The translations under genes and the position numbers were made by a program. A DNA stretch of 52,267 bases from positions 1-52,267 of the forward strand of contig NZGY01000005.1 in NCBI GenBank assembly GCA_002689605.1, given 5' to 3'. This stretch comes from Filomicrobium sp. (GTDB taxonomy: Bacteria; Pseudomonadota; Alphaproteobacteria; Rhizobiales; Hyphomicrobiaceae). Below the pieces are notes generated by a model that made no database searches, had not been told where the DNA came from, and worked only from the letters and a program-made list of their open reading frames with translations. Numbering within the stretch: position 1 is the stretch's first letter; each line of letters starts with the position of its first letter. This document shows positions 1 through 8,699 of this stretch, piece after piece.

Positions 1-132
1 CACGCAACCGTCGTGCAGATCTCAGGCGAAAGCTACCGCCTAAAGGATAAACGTCGCGCCGGAATCGTGGCCAAACCAATGCGGACAAGGCTGGCCAAGA
101 CAAAGACGACGACCAAGGCAGAGGTCGATTGA
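1..132 (+). CDS. istB: IS21-family IstB-like helper ATPase, 3-prime end only (the gene runs off the left edge)
   Basis: Frame 1 reads HATVVQISGESYRLKDKRRAGIVAKPMRTRLAKTKTTTKAEVD and stops at TGA 130-132. As I remember the family, the GESYRLK-KRR tail is the typical C-terminus of IstB proteins. Confidence 0.6.
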   Translation, partial: HATVVQISGESYRLKDKRRAGIVAKPMRTRLAKTKTTTKAEVD

Positions 133-240
133 GCCGTTTGTTGCCCTCACGCATGAGGGCAACAAACAGAAAGACAAGGTGGGTCAGATTCAAAGTGCCG
201 ATCTGCCGATAAGTGCGTCAGTTTGAAGGTGCCGTTGACA
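1..240 (+). mobile_element. Right end of an IS21-family insertion sequence
   Basis: The istB tail is followed by a perfect 14-bp hairpin (136-149 pairs with 154-167). Two imperfect 18-bp direct repeats follow: GTCAGATTCAAAGTGCCG (183-200) and GTCAGTTTGAAGGTGCCG (217-234), matching at 15/18. The element ends in TGACA at 236-240, whose reverse complement begins TGTCAACGGCACCTTCAAACTGAC. Multiple subterminal repeats and a TGTCA terminus are typical of IS21 ends. Confidence 0.55.
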
Positions 241-600
241 CCATTGGCTACTAAACCCCGGCGGCACTGGCGAAACGCTCACCGGCAACGAGCCCGCCGC
301 GAGCACCAAAGGCGGAAAGTTCCGGCCTGAAGTGGTCCAGGAACTGGGGCAAGCTCAGTTAGTAGCAAATGGTCAAATCAGTGGTACAGGCTGAGGGGGC
401 TGGACAGAGTAGGCTAAACCTCACACTAAGCTTATTCGAAAATTCGCACCCTTTTCATAGTATCGGCCTTTGAGGCACGTTCGCGAGAGAAGACGTAACG
501 GAAGTATATGTCTGTCATAGTTGCGATATTCAACGTATATCGAAGGTTATCGGGCCATTCCGAGCTATGATGTCGAAACGCCTAGTAACCAGCCTCCTTA

Positions 601-1638
601 ATGCCCCAAATTGGCCCCATGACTTCTCAGCCTCGCACCTATCAGTCCCCGAAAAAAAGAGTGTTGCTACTTGGCGCAACAGGTACAATCGGCCGAGCGA
701 CGGCTCGCGCACTTGCCGCGCGAGGAGACGATGTCGTTTGTTTCGTGCGATCATCATCCGCGGTCGATACAGATGGGGCTAGGCACCGCCTGCAGGCGAA
801 ATTAGGTGACGTCGACATCAGGCTTGGAGAGGCGGCAGACCCCAAAAGTCTTCGCTCGGCAGATTTGCGCGGTGAGGGCTTCGATGCGCTGGTTTCGTGT
901 CTAGCGTCACGTACGGGCGCACCCAAGGATGCATGGGCTATCGACTATCAGGCTCACGCAGATGCTCTGGCCGTCGCAAAGGAGGCAGGCATTCCGCAGT
1001 TTGTCTTGTTGTCGGCCATCTGTGTGCAGAAACCGCGGCTTGAGTTTCAGAAAGCCAAGCTTGCTTTCGAAAAGCTGCTGATCGAGTCCGGCCTAGCTTA
1101 TTCCATTGTCAGGCCGACGGCGTACTTTAAGTCTCTTTCTGGTCAGATCGACCGATTGCGCAAGGGTAAACCATTCCTCTTGTTCGGCAATGGCGAGCTG
1201 ACTTCCTGTAAGCCTATCAGTGATGCCGATCTTGCGTCATTTCTGGCGGACTGCCTGAGTAAGTCAGATAGGCGGAACAAGATCCTTCCAGTCGGCGGCC
1301 CTGGCGATGCTATTACGCCTAGAGAGCAAGGTGAATTGTTGTTTGAACTGCTTGGTCGACCAGTTCAGTTTCGCAGCATCCCGATCGGCCTGGTGCGCAC
1401 AGTTGTATCAACCATGAGCGGCCTCACGTGGGTTATGCCGGCCTTAGCTGAGAAAGCCGAGTTCGCCCGCATTGCCCACTACTACGCCACTGAATCGATG
1501 CTCGCTTGGGATCCCATTTCGGGCGCCTATAGCGAGAGCGCTACGCCGTCATATGGCAGAGACACCCTTCGCGCGCATTACCAGTATGTCATCGAAAGCG
1601 GCTCAAGCATTTCATTGAGAGAACATGCAATGTTCTAG
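601..1638 (+). CDS. bciA: 3,8-divinyl (proto)chlorophyllide 8-vinyl reductase, NAD(P)H-dependent (BciA/DVR type)
   Basis: 345-aa ORF with a Rossmann motif (LLLGATGTIGR). It has long colinear blocks that I recognise from plant DVR and bacterial BciA: VSCLASRTGAPKDAWAIDY, FVLLSAICVQKPRLEFQKAKLAFE, YSIVRPTAYFKSLSGQ, CKPISDADLASFLADC, LPVGGPGDAITPREQGELLF, EFARIAHYYATESML and TPSYGRDTL. The start is ATG 601 or ATG 619. Confidence 0.88.
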   Translation: MPQIGPMTSQPRTYQSPKKRVLLLGATGTIGRATARALAARGDDVVCFVRSSSAVDTDGARHRLQAKLGDVDIRLGEAADPKSLRSADLRGEGFDALVSCLASRTGAPKDAWAIDYQAHADALAVAKEAGIPQFVLLSAICVQKPRLEFQKAKLAFEKLLIESGLAYSIVRPTAYFKSLSGQIDRLRKGKPFLLFGNGELTSCKPISDADLASFLADCLSKSDRRNKILPVGGPGDAITPREQGELLFELLGRPVQFRSIPIGLVRTVVSTMSGLTWVMPALAEKAEFARIAHYYATESMLAWDPISGAYSESATPSYGRDTLRAHYQYVIESGSSISLREHAMF

Positions 1639-1772
1639 CGCTCTTCTATGCCGTTGCCGAAGCTTTGCTCGGTTGAATGATCGAGCTCGTTGATACGGAT
1701 AGCGACGGAGAAAAACTACTGGGCCTCATGTCACCTGCCTTCTATGACATCCTGGCGAATTCCAAGTGTGTC

Positions 1773-2723
1773 CTAGTGCTCACGCCAGCTAAAGAAGTCG
1801 GGGCCGGCGCGGGCGAGTAGGTCTTTGGCCAATTGGCAACCCATCTCAGCACCATCTTCGATGGCCGCACTGGCGGCATCCGACAACGCTTCGGAACCAT
1901 CAATGCGAAGAATTTCGCTGCGCAGATGCACCGTGCCACCGTCCAACTCGGCCAAGCCTGCAATCGGTGTTTCACACGATCCGTCGAGGGCTGCGAGAAA
2001 GGCGCGCTCTGCGGTGAGGCGCTGACCAGTTGCACGATCGTGGATGGCCTCCAACATCCCGGCCGCTCGCATGTCATCGCCCCGGTGCTCGATGCCGATG
2101 GCGCCCTGGGCGACGGCGGGCAACATGTAGTCGGGCGCAATCGGTGTGGCTGGCAAGCTCTCCATATTGAGACGGTTAAGCCCGGCCATAGCGAGGAACG
2201 TGCAGGCGGCAACGCCGTCTGCAAGCTTCTTCATCCGGGTCTGAACGTTACCGCGAAACTCGACGACTTCGAGATCCGGCCTGCGGTTCAGGAGTTGTGC
2301 CTTGCGGCGCAGGCTCGATGTGCCGACCGTGGTGCCCGGCGGCAGCTCTGCGATTGACTTGGCCATCGGTGAGATAAAGGCATCACGGACATCTTCACGC
2401 GGCAAATAAGTGTTGAGCAAAAGACCAACCGGTTGCTGGACCGGCATGTCCTTCATCGAGTGGACGGCAATATCAAGTCGACCAGCCAGCAACTCGTCCT
2501 CGATCTCGCGGGTGAACAGACCCTTGCCACCGATTTCCTTGAGCGGTCGGTCCTGAATGCGGTCGCCAGTGGTCTTGATGACGACGATCTCGAAAGCGTT
2601 CTCGGGCAAGTCGTGAGCCGCCGACAATCGCGCGCGCGTCTCATGAGCCTGCGCCAGAGCCAGTGGCGAGCCACGCGTGCCAATGCGGAAGGGGGCGGTC
2701 GGTGTGGGCAATTTAAGAACCAT
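1773..2723 (-). CDS. hemC: Porphobilinogen deaminase (hydroxymethylbilane synthase)
   Basis: 316 aa. The N-terminus FRIGTRGSPLALAQA and the cofactor-Cys region LDGSCETPIAG are classic HemC motifs. Confidence 0.93.
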   Translation of the reverse strand: MVLKLPTPTAPFRIGTRGSPLALAQAHETRARLSAAHDLPENAFEIVVIKTTGDRIQDRPLKEIGGKGLFTREIEDELLAGRLDIAVHSMKDMPVQQPVGLLLNTYLPREDVRDAFISPMAKSIAELPPGTTVGTSSLRRKAQLLNRRPDLEVVEFRGNVQTRMKKLADGVAACTFLAMAGLNRLNMESLPATPIAPDYMLPAVAQGAIGIEHRGDDMRAAGMLEAIHDRATGQRLTAERAFLAALDGSCETPIAGLAELDGGTVHLRSEILRIDGSEALSDAASAAIEDGAEMGCQLAKDLLARAGPDFFSWREH

Positions 2724-2739
2724 GTCTCACTTTTAGCGA

Positions 2740-2783
2740 TGTCCTAGCGCGGTGACAATTCGTTCTGTCATGATAGTTTGACA
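2740..2783. promoter_or_regulatory. Tandem PpsR/CrtJ-type palindromes in the divergent hemC/hemE promoter region
   Basis: TGTCCTAGCGCGGTGACA (2740-2757) and TGTCATGATAGTTTGACA (2766-2783) are both exact TGT-N12-ACA. They are separated by 8 bp, the same geometry as the bchC pair at 47249-47292. Confidence 0.6.
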
Positions 2784-2870
2784 AAACAATCATCTTGGCC
2801 GGTTCAGATCTGTTTTCGACCTGTTCATGCTGCGACCTGCCCATGCAAAGCCGTATTTGGAGACCTGTCT

Positions 2871-3908
2871 GTGACCACAAAAAAGCTGATGCGCGCGCTT
2901 GCCGGTGAGGCCCTGCCAACACCGCCGATCTGGATGATGCGACAGGCCGGGCGCTATTTGCCGGAGTATAAAGCGACAAGGGCCGAGGCCGGGGATTTTC
3001 TGTCGCTGTGCTATACGCCAGATCTGGCCGCCGAGGTCACCATACAACCGATCCGACGCTACGGCTTTGATGCAGCAATTCTATTTGCAGACATCCTGCT
3101 TATTCCTGACGCCCTGGGTGCCGATCTCTGGTTTGTTACGGGCGAAGGACCGCGGTTATCGACCATGTCCAGCCAGGCTGACTTCGATAGGCTCAAGCCC
3201 GCCGATGACCTTCATGATCATCTGGCGCCGATTTATGAGACGATCAAGATCCTGCGCCGCGAGCTGCCGGCCGAGACCACGTTGATCGGATTTGCCGGCG
3301 CACCGTGGACGGTGGCGACCTATATGATCGCCGGTCGCGGCACGCCCGACCAAGGCCCGGCGCATGCCTTGAAGGCTGAGAACCAGGCGCTGTTCAACGC
3401 CCTCATGCAACGTCTGACGGCGGCAACCATCGCCTACCTCTCGCAGCAGATCGAAGCCGGCGCCGAAGTGGTCAAACTGTTCGACAGCTGGGCCGGCTCA
3501 CTGCAAGACGACGACTTCAAGCGCTATGTGCTGCAGCCAACCCAGGAGATCATAGCCTCATTGAAGGCACGTCATCCCGGGACGCCTGTGATCGCGTTTC
3601 CGCGCGAGGCCGGTGATGCCTACGTTGGCTTTGCCAAGGCCACAGGCGCAGACTGTGTCGCGCTCGACAATTCGGTGTCACCGGAGTGGGCGGCAAATCA
3701 TGTCCAGATCGACGGCTGTGTGCAAGGCAATCTGGCATCCCGCCATATGGTGACCGGCGGCGCTGAACTCGTCGCGGAGACGCGGCGGATAGTCAAGGCA
3801 TTTGCAAACGGCCCGCACATTTTCAATCTCGGCCACGGCATCACACCAGACGCTGATCCAGCCAACGTGCAGCTAATGATCGACACGGCGCGTGAGAGCG
3901 CAGCTTAA
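2871..3908 (+). CDS. hemE: Uroporphyrinogen decarboxylase
   Basis: Contains the URO-D signature [19 protein letters not shown] 2871 is preceded by GGAGA 7 nt upstream, and ATG 2889 is an alternative start. The ORF-track start at 2778 adds an implausible Cys-rich leader. Confidence 0.92.
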   Translation: MTTKKLMRALAGEALPTPPIWMMRQAGRYLPEYKATRAEAGDFLSLCYTPDLAAEVTIQPIRRYGFDAAILFADILLIPDALGADLWFVTGEGPRLSTMSSQADFDRLKPADDLHDHLAPIYETIKILRRELPAETTLIGFAGAPWTVATYMIAGRGTPDQGPAHALKAENQALFNALMQRLTAATIAYLSQQIEAGAEVVKLFDSWAGSLQDDDFKRYVLQPTQEIIASLKARHPGTPVIAFPREAGDAYVGFAKATGADCVALDNSVSPEWAANHVQIDGCVQGNLASRHMVTGGAELVAETRRIVKAFANGPHIFNLGHGITPDADPANVQLMIDTARESAA

Positions 3909-3950
3909 CTCTGAGGAGCCAAAGCTGGCCGCTTCGACCATCCAGATGCC

Positions 3951-4844
3951 TCAAATCCATTTGGCCAGTGGCGGCAAGCTCATAAGGACGGCATTGGCGT
4001 CGTGGCCGGTTTCAAGACCGAACTTCGTGCCGCGGTCGTAGACCAGATTGTACTCGGCATAGAGACCACGGTGGACCAACTGGGTATCCTTATCCGCCTC
4101 GCTCCAGGGCGTGTCACGGCGCTTTTCAACCAGCGGCACATAGGCCGGCAAAAAAGCCCGGCCAATGTCCTGGGTCAGCGCAAAGTCGACCTCCCAATCG
4201 CCGCTGCATTGGTCATCCATAAAAATGCCGCCGACACCGCGGGCGCGGTGACGGTGGGGAACAAAGAAATACTCATCGGCCCAGGCTTTGAGACGCGGAT
4301 AGTAGGCTTCGCCGTGCTGGTCGAGATGTACTTTTTGTTGGCCATGGAAGTGGGCCGTATCGTCAGCGTACTCGATACAGGGATTGAGGTCTGAGCCACC
4401 ACCGAACCACCAGGCATGCGGCGTCCAGAACATTCGCGTATTCATGTGCACCGCCGGCACGTGCGGATTCTGCATATGCGCGACAAGACTGATACCGGAG
4501 GCCCAGAAGCGCGGATCCTCCTTCATACCGGGGATGCCCTTGCGCGCGGCCATCGCCGACTGCGCACGTTCGCCAAGCGTGCCGAACACGGTCGAGACAT
4601 TAACGCCGACCTTTTCAAACACGCGACCGCCACGCATGACAGACATCAGGCCGCCGCCGGCATCTGAGCCATCGTCAGACGTGCGCTTGGTCTCGCTGAC
4701 ATCGAAGCGGCCGGCCGCCAATCTGGCAGTTGGGCCCTCGACCTGCTGGACTTCGAGCGCCTCGAAGGCGGCAACAATCTCATCGCGCAAGGCACGAAAC
4801 CAAGCCGCCGCACGGGCCTTTTCTACATCCAGATCGGAGGTCAT
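3951..4844 (-). CDS. hemF: Oxygen-dependent coproporphyrinogen III oxidase
   Basis: Carries the HemF blocks GGGLMSVMRGGRVFEKVGVNVSTV, NPHVPAVHMNTR, WWFGGGSDLNP and LYAEYNLVYDRGTKFGL. The likely start is ATG 4844 (MTSDLDVEKARAAAWF). The longer ORF-track start at 4955 is probably spurious. Confidence 0.92.
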   Translation of the reverse strand: MTSDLDVEKARAAAWFRALRDEIVAAFEALEVQQVEGPTARLAAGRFDVSETKRTSDDGSDAGGGLMSVMRGGRVFEKVGVNVSTVFGTLGERAQSAMAARKGIPGMKEDPRFWASGISLVAHMQNPHVPAVHMNTRMFWTPHAWWFGGGSDLNPCIEYADDTAHFHGQQKVHLDQHGEAYYPRLKAWADEYFFVPHRHRARGVGGIFMDDQCSGDWEVDFALTQDIGRAFLPAYVPLVEKRRDTPWSEADKDTQLVHRGLYAEYNLVYDRGTKFGLETGHDANAVLMSLPPLAKWI

Positions 4845-5036
4845 GGTTGGTCTCGTTCTATCGGTCAATTTGAGGCTAGATCCGCGACGGTCGTCGATCA
4901 AGCTATCATCCAGGAACCTTATATCAAGCGGACAAATGGCTTTTTTGCTCACCACATTTTATGCATTCAAGTCCACGATATGCGTACTGGGAGCGCGCAT
5001 GAACTAAGAGCAAACTCAATCACGAGTATCAAACTG

Positions 5037-5384
5037 CTATGTCGCGAACTTGGCGCTCCAAAGAGCACGCTCCAGACAAGCGGCTCGGCGTGCAGGATCT
5101 TTCACGACGTTAGTGCTGACGGCTGAAATGTGGTCATCAATTTCTGTTGTCGTCAGTGGCCAAACGCTGTCGTCAAGCAAAACCAATGCGCGCCCCTCCT
5201 GCATGTAACGATAACTGACACGCCAAGCGCGGGTATATTGTAATGGATGCATTTCCCATACCCTGCCATCCGACCCTATAAGTACTGGTGCACCAAAGCG
5301 ACGGGGACCCAGCATAAGAGCCTCAAGTCGCCGCCGTTCGTTGGCTTGGCGCCGCCGTAGTATTGTTGGTGCCCACCAATTCAA
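5037..5384 (-). CDS. Hypothetical protein (115 aa, no recognisable family)
   Basis: The only support is an open frame in the gap between hemF and crtY. It has a TTG start, an Arg-rich N-terminus, no TM segment and no motif I recognise. Confidence 0.3.
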   Translation of the reverse strand: MNWWAPTILRRRQANERRRLEALMLGPRRFGAPVLIGSDGRVWEMHPLQYTRAWRVSYRYMQEGRALVLLDDSVWPLTTTEIDDHISAVSTNVVKDPARRAACLERALWSAKFAT

Positions 5385-5578
5385 TGCCGACCATCCTCGT
5401 GAATAGGCGTCATCTGTTTCATTGGATTCAATCTTCAGTGCATCAAGACATCTAGTTTATGCGCCAGCAGTCAGATTGGTCATGCAGCAATTCGTCGGCG
5501 ACATACACAGGAGATTAGATTAGTATCACATGCGCGCCCCATCTGAGTACCGTCAACCACAGACTATCAGGACCGTTC

Positions 5579-6763
5579 ATGCGTGATTTCGATATCATCC
5601 TGGTTGGAGGCGGCTTGGCAAATGGTCTCATCGCTGACCGGCTCACAAGCCAGAGACCTGACCTGCGGATGTTGATTATTGAGGCACGACCGACGCTCGG
5701 TGGTGATCATACATGGTCTTATCACGAGACCGATGTGACAGCAGAACAGGATCTCTGGCTTCGTTCAATCGGCAAGTCAGCCTGGTCAAGCCAAGAGGTG
5801 CGGTTTCCATCCTATAGCCGCCCGATCTCCACTGGCTACCGCACGATAGTTAGCTCGGATCTTCACAATCGCCTTGTCTCCAACGAACGGCTCAATCTTT
5901 GTCTTGACACTGAGGTAAAGGATGTGAGCCCCACCGCCATTGTATTGCAGGGTGGGCAGACGTTGACGAGCGACTGCATTATTGATGGACGGGGACTGGT
6001 GAGCGCTCCGGGAGTGAGTATCGGCTATCAAAAGTTCTACGGCCTAGAGTGTGAGTTAAGTGCACCTCACGGGCTAGCAGCCCCAATCCTGATGGACACA
6101 ACAGTTGATCAGATCGATGGCTACCGTTTCATGTACAGCCTGCCGTACTCTCCAACCAAGTTGTTGATCGAAGATACCTACTATTCCGATACACCGCTGT
6201 TGGACACCAACGCCATCGAGCAAAGAGTGCGCGCTTACGCGTCTTTGAAAGGCTGGGACATAGCATCTGTCGATCGTGAGGAGAAAGGCGTTCTGCCGGT
6301 GGTCCTCGATGGCCAATTGGAAATGGTCTGGCCTCGCGATCAAACAATGCCGCGGTCCGGTATGCGTGCTGGGTTGTTTCATCAAACAACCGGTTACTCT
6401 TTGCCCTTTGCTGTCCAGACAGCTGATAGACTTTCGGCGATGCAGGTTATGGAGTCGAAGGCTGCCGCTGCATTTTTACGGGCTGAGTCTCAAGCGGCTT
6501 GGGACAAGCAAAGCTTCTTCCGCCTCCTTAACCGATTTCTATTTCTGGCCGCACAGGGTGGCGAGCGAAGACGCATTTTTGAGCGGTTCTATCGTCTGCA
6601 ACGGCCATTGATCGAGCGATTCTATGCAGCCAACTTAAAAACGGCGGACAAGGCTCGGATCATTTTTGGTCGCCCACCGGTTGCCCTGCACAAGGCTGTT
6701 GCGGCAATCCCGCCAGGAGCCGCGGCTTCGCGCGCCAACGGGATAGCGGCACCGAACCCGTAG
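5579..6763 (+). CDS. crtY: Lycopene beta-cyclase (CrtY type)
   Basis: 394 aa. The N-terminus DIILVGGGLANGLIADRL followed by GGDHTWSYHETD matches the FAD-binding start of proteobacterial CrtY as I remember it from Pantoea CrtY. AGGA lies 7 nt upstream of the ATG. Confidence 0.85.
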   Translation: MRDFDIILVGGGLANGLIADRLTSQRPDLRMLIIEARPTLGGDHTWSYHETDVTAEQDLWLRSIGKSAWSSQEVRFPSYSRPISTGYRTIVSSDLHNRLVSNERLNLCLDTEVKDVSPTAIVLQGGQTLTSDCIIDGRGLVSAPGVSIGYQKFYGLECELSAPHGLAAPILMDTTVDQIDGYRFMYSLPYSPTKLLIEDTYYSDTPLLDTNAIEQRVRAYASLKGWDIASVDREEKGVLPVVLDGQLEMVWPRDQTMPRSGMRAGLFHQTTGYSLPFAVQTADRLSAMQVMESKAAAAFLRAESQAAWDKQSFFRLLNRFLFLAAQGGERRRIFERFYRLQRPLIERFYAANLKTADKARIIFGRPPVALHKAVAAIPPGAAASRANGIAAPNP

Positions 6764-6850
6764 TTGGAGCCGTTGTCAACTTTCAGCTGCAGTCACAGAT
6801 TGTGATTTTTCCATCATCAGCGGATAATCATCGATCCCGGCCTCCATCAC

Positions 6851-7666
6851 TCAAGCCTGGTTTGTCCGTGCCGCCGGCAGCCGCCACCATGGCAAGTCGG
6901 GCCGAGAGTGGTGTTCGTGATGATAGCCAAAGTGGAAGCAAGTCAAAAGTGATATCCACCAAGGGTACGAGTTACTCCGCGTGCGGTGGCGATCGTTAAA
7001 TGCGGTCGCCTCTGGTCGGTGAGGTAAGTAGGTCCCGAATGTGAATAACTGCAAAGACGAGACGAGTGCAGGCCCGGCCCAAAAGGCGACGATGTTCGCC
7101 ACATCCACTGCAAGCAGATGCATATAGATATTGGACATGCCAGCAATGACGAGAAGCTCGCGCCACGTGAAGTACTGCATAAAAAATCGCAGATACCATG
7201 CAAAAAAACTGTGTGGTGGATGGTGATCAAAATCAGGGTCTGCTTCTGTGCCAGCGTGGCGGTGGTGAAGGTGATGCTTGCGATTGAGCGCATCGAAGCT
7301 GAAACCCGCGTAGAGAAACACACAGATCTGCCCGATCACTCTATTGACCAGCGGGCGACCTGGAGCCAGCGATCCATGCATGCAATCGTGCGCGACGATG
7401 AATATACCGACGTACAGCCATGTCAGAAGGGCAGCTGTCAGGACCGCAACTAATACTGAGTCAGCGGCAAAGTCGTGAAAGAACAGACAATAGACGTGCA
7501 AGGCAAGCCAACTGCCAATTAGGGCGACAGCCAACATGAGACTCAGGCGTGTTTGGCGGCCCCTGGTTGGTGGTTCCACATCAAGAATTTGATTTGGTGA
7601 TAGGCCTGAAAGGGCTGCCACATCCTGAACAATTCCAGTCGAGGCGCACCCGTCTCTTGGAGCCAT
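6851..7666 (-). CDS. crtW: Beta-carotene 4,4-prime-ketolase (CrtW, membrane fatty-acid-desaturase fold)
   Basis: Three His boxes are present (HDCMHG, HHLHHRH, HHEHH) together with several TM segments. ATG 7666 has a GGGGG Shine-Dalgarno 8 nt upstream. GTG 7675 is the ORF-track start. The gene lies 15-24 nt downstream of crtE on the same strand. Confidence 0.85.
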   Translation of the reverse strand: MAPRDGCASTGIVQDVAALSGLSPNQILDVEPPTRGRQTRLSLMLAVALIGSWLALHVYCLFFHDFAADSVLVAVLTAALLTWLYVGIFIVAHDCMHGSLAPGRPLVNRVIGQICVFLYAGFSFDALNRKHHLHHRHAGTEADPDFDHHPPHSFFAWYLRFFMQYFTWRELLVIAGMSNIYMHLLAVDVANIVAFWAGPALVSSLQLFTFGTYLPHRPEATAFNDRHRTRSNSYPWWISLLTCFHFGYHHEHHSRPDLPWWRLPAARTNQA

Positions 7667-7690
7667 CTTGGCCACCCCCTTAGCTCAATG

Positions 7691-8572
7691 TCATGCTACT
7701 TGAACCGCGGCAGGTGTCGTCTGTGTGCCGGGCAGCAACGATTGAAACTGTTGTTGCCACTTACCGATTAGGTGTGCCCGACCTGGGCACGCTGGAATAG
7801 CGTGGAGAGATTGCTCTACCAAATCAGCAGCATTGTGCTCGGCTGCCTCGGGACCCATGCGGAGAGCGAGGTTAGGTCGTTCGTGGCGTGCATCCTGTTG
7901 TATTGGTTTACTTGCTCGGTATGGGTCGCCGACAACATCACGAATGTCATCGATTGCCTGAAATGCCATGCCGACAAGCATTCCACATGACTTCCAATCC
8001 TTTGCATCGCGACCCGCTGCGATCGCACCGAGACCGGTCGCGGCAGCAAACAGTGCTCCGGTTTTAGCTCGATGGTAGGTGTCTAAGGGAATGTCGTCTT
8101 CAGCTTCCCAAGCCTGTCCTGCAGCAATGCCCATTGGGACGCCCGTGTTTTGTGATAGCAAGCGTAACGCTGCAGCCAGACGCTGAGGCGTGTGGGCAAA
8201 AGCCTCCGCTAGCGTCTCAAACGCCAATATGATGAGAGCGTCACCAACCAATATCGCCGTGCTCTCACCAAATGCTTTGTGAACACTGGGCTTGTCGCGA
8301 CGCGTATCGGCATCATCGAAGCACGGCAGGTCGTCATGGACCAACGATGCGCAGTGCATCAGTTCAAGGGCAGCAGCCGTCGACACTGCTAACTTCTCAT
8401 CTGCGCCACCGCAGGCCTGCGCGACTGAAAGGCATAGCCTTGGGCGAATGCGTGCACCTCCAGGAAACACGGCATATCGTAAAGCACTTCCCAGCTTAGG
8501 AGGGCAGGTCGGCGCATGTGTCTTTGTTACTGCGTCCTTGAGGGCTCGTTCGATCGATTCGCCCGCATTCAT
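7691..8572 (-). CDS. crtE: Geranylgeranyl diphosphate synthase
   Basis: Contains the polyprenyl synthase Asp-rich motifs LVHDDLPCFDDADTRRDKPSVH and FQAIDDIRD. An AGGAGG Shine-Dalgarno precedes ATG 8572. Confidence 0.9.
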   Translation of the reverse strand: MNAGESIERALKDAVTKTHAPTCPPKLGSALRYAVFPGGARIRPRLCLSVAQACGGADEKLAVSTAAALELMHCASLVHDDLPCFDDADTRRDKPSVHKAFGESTAILVGDALIILAFETLAEAFAHTPQRLAAALRLLSQNTGVPMGIAAGQAWEAEDDIPLDTYHRAKTGALFAAATGLGAIAAGRDAKDWKSCGMLVGMAFQAIDDIRDVVGDPYRASKPIQQDARHERPNLALRMGPEAAEHNAADLVEQSLHAIPACPGRAHLIGKWQQQFQSLLPGTQTTPAAVQVA

Positions 8573-8608
8573 GGCCTTTGCCTCCTGCGATCCGACTTAG
8601 TTTCACAT

Positions 8609-8626
8609 TGTCCAAATTCATTGACA
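8609..8626. promoter_or_regulatory. PpsR/CrtJ-type palindrome upstream of crtE-crtW
   Basis: TGTCCAAATTCATTGACA is an exact TGT-N12-ACA, 37 bp upstream of the crtE ATG. A degenerate CGT-N12-ACG lies at 8634-8651, 7 bp away. Confidence 0.55.
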
Positions 8627-8699
8627 ACACGCTCGTAATATATTGTGGACGATCGGTTCAGCAATCGCAACGCCTCTTTTGCCAGCATTCGAGGTCAAA

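Noticed and set aside
136-167. 14-bp perfect hairpin after the istB stop as an independent regulatory element or terminator of a host gene
   Set aside because: It lies inside the IS21-type end, between istB and the terminal repeats, and has no U-tract. It is best explained as part of the element itself.
340-420. tRNA-like D-arm string (AGCTCAGTTAGTAGC) next to the IS end
   Set aside because: I could not build an acceptor stem, a closing D-stem (GCAA instead of GAGC) or a T-arm (no GTTCRANNC). It is not a tRNA and is at most a chance resemblance.
4384-5007. 207-aa ORF antisense to hemF
   Set aside because: It is contained within hemF plus its upstream region and has no motifs. The hemF assignment on the other strand is unambiguous.
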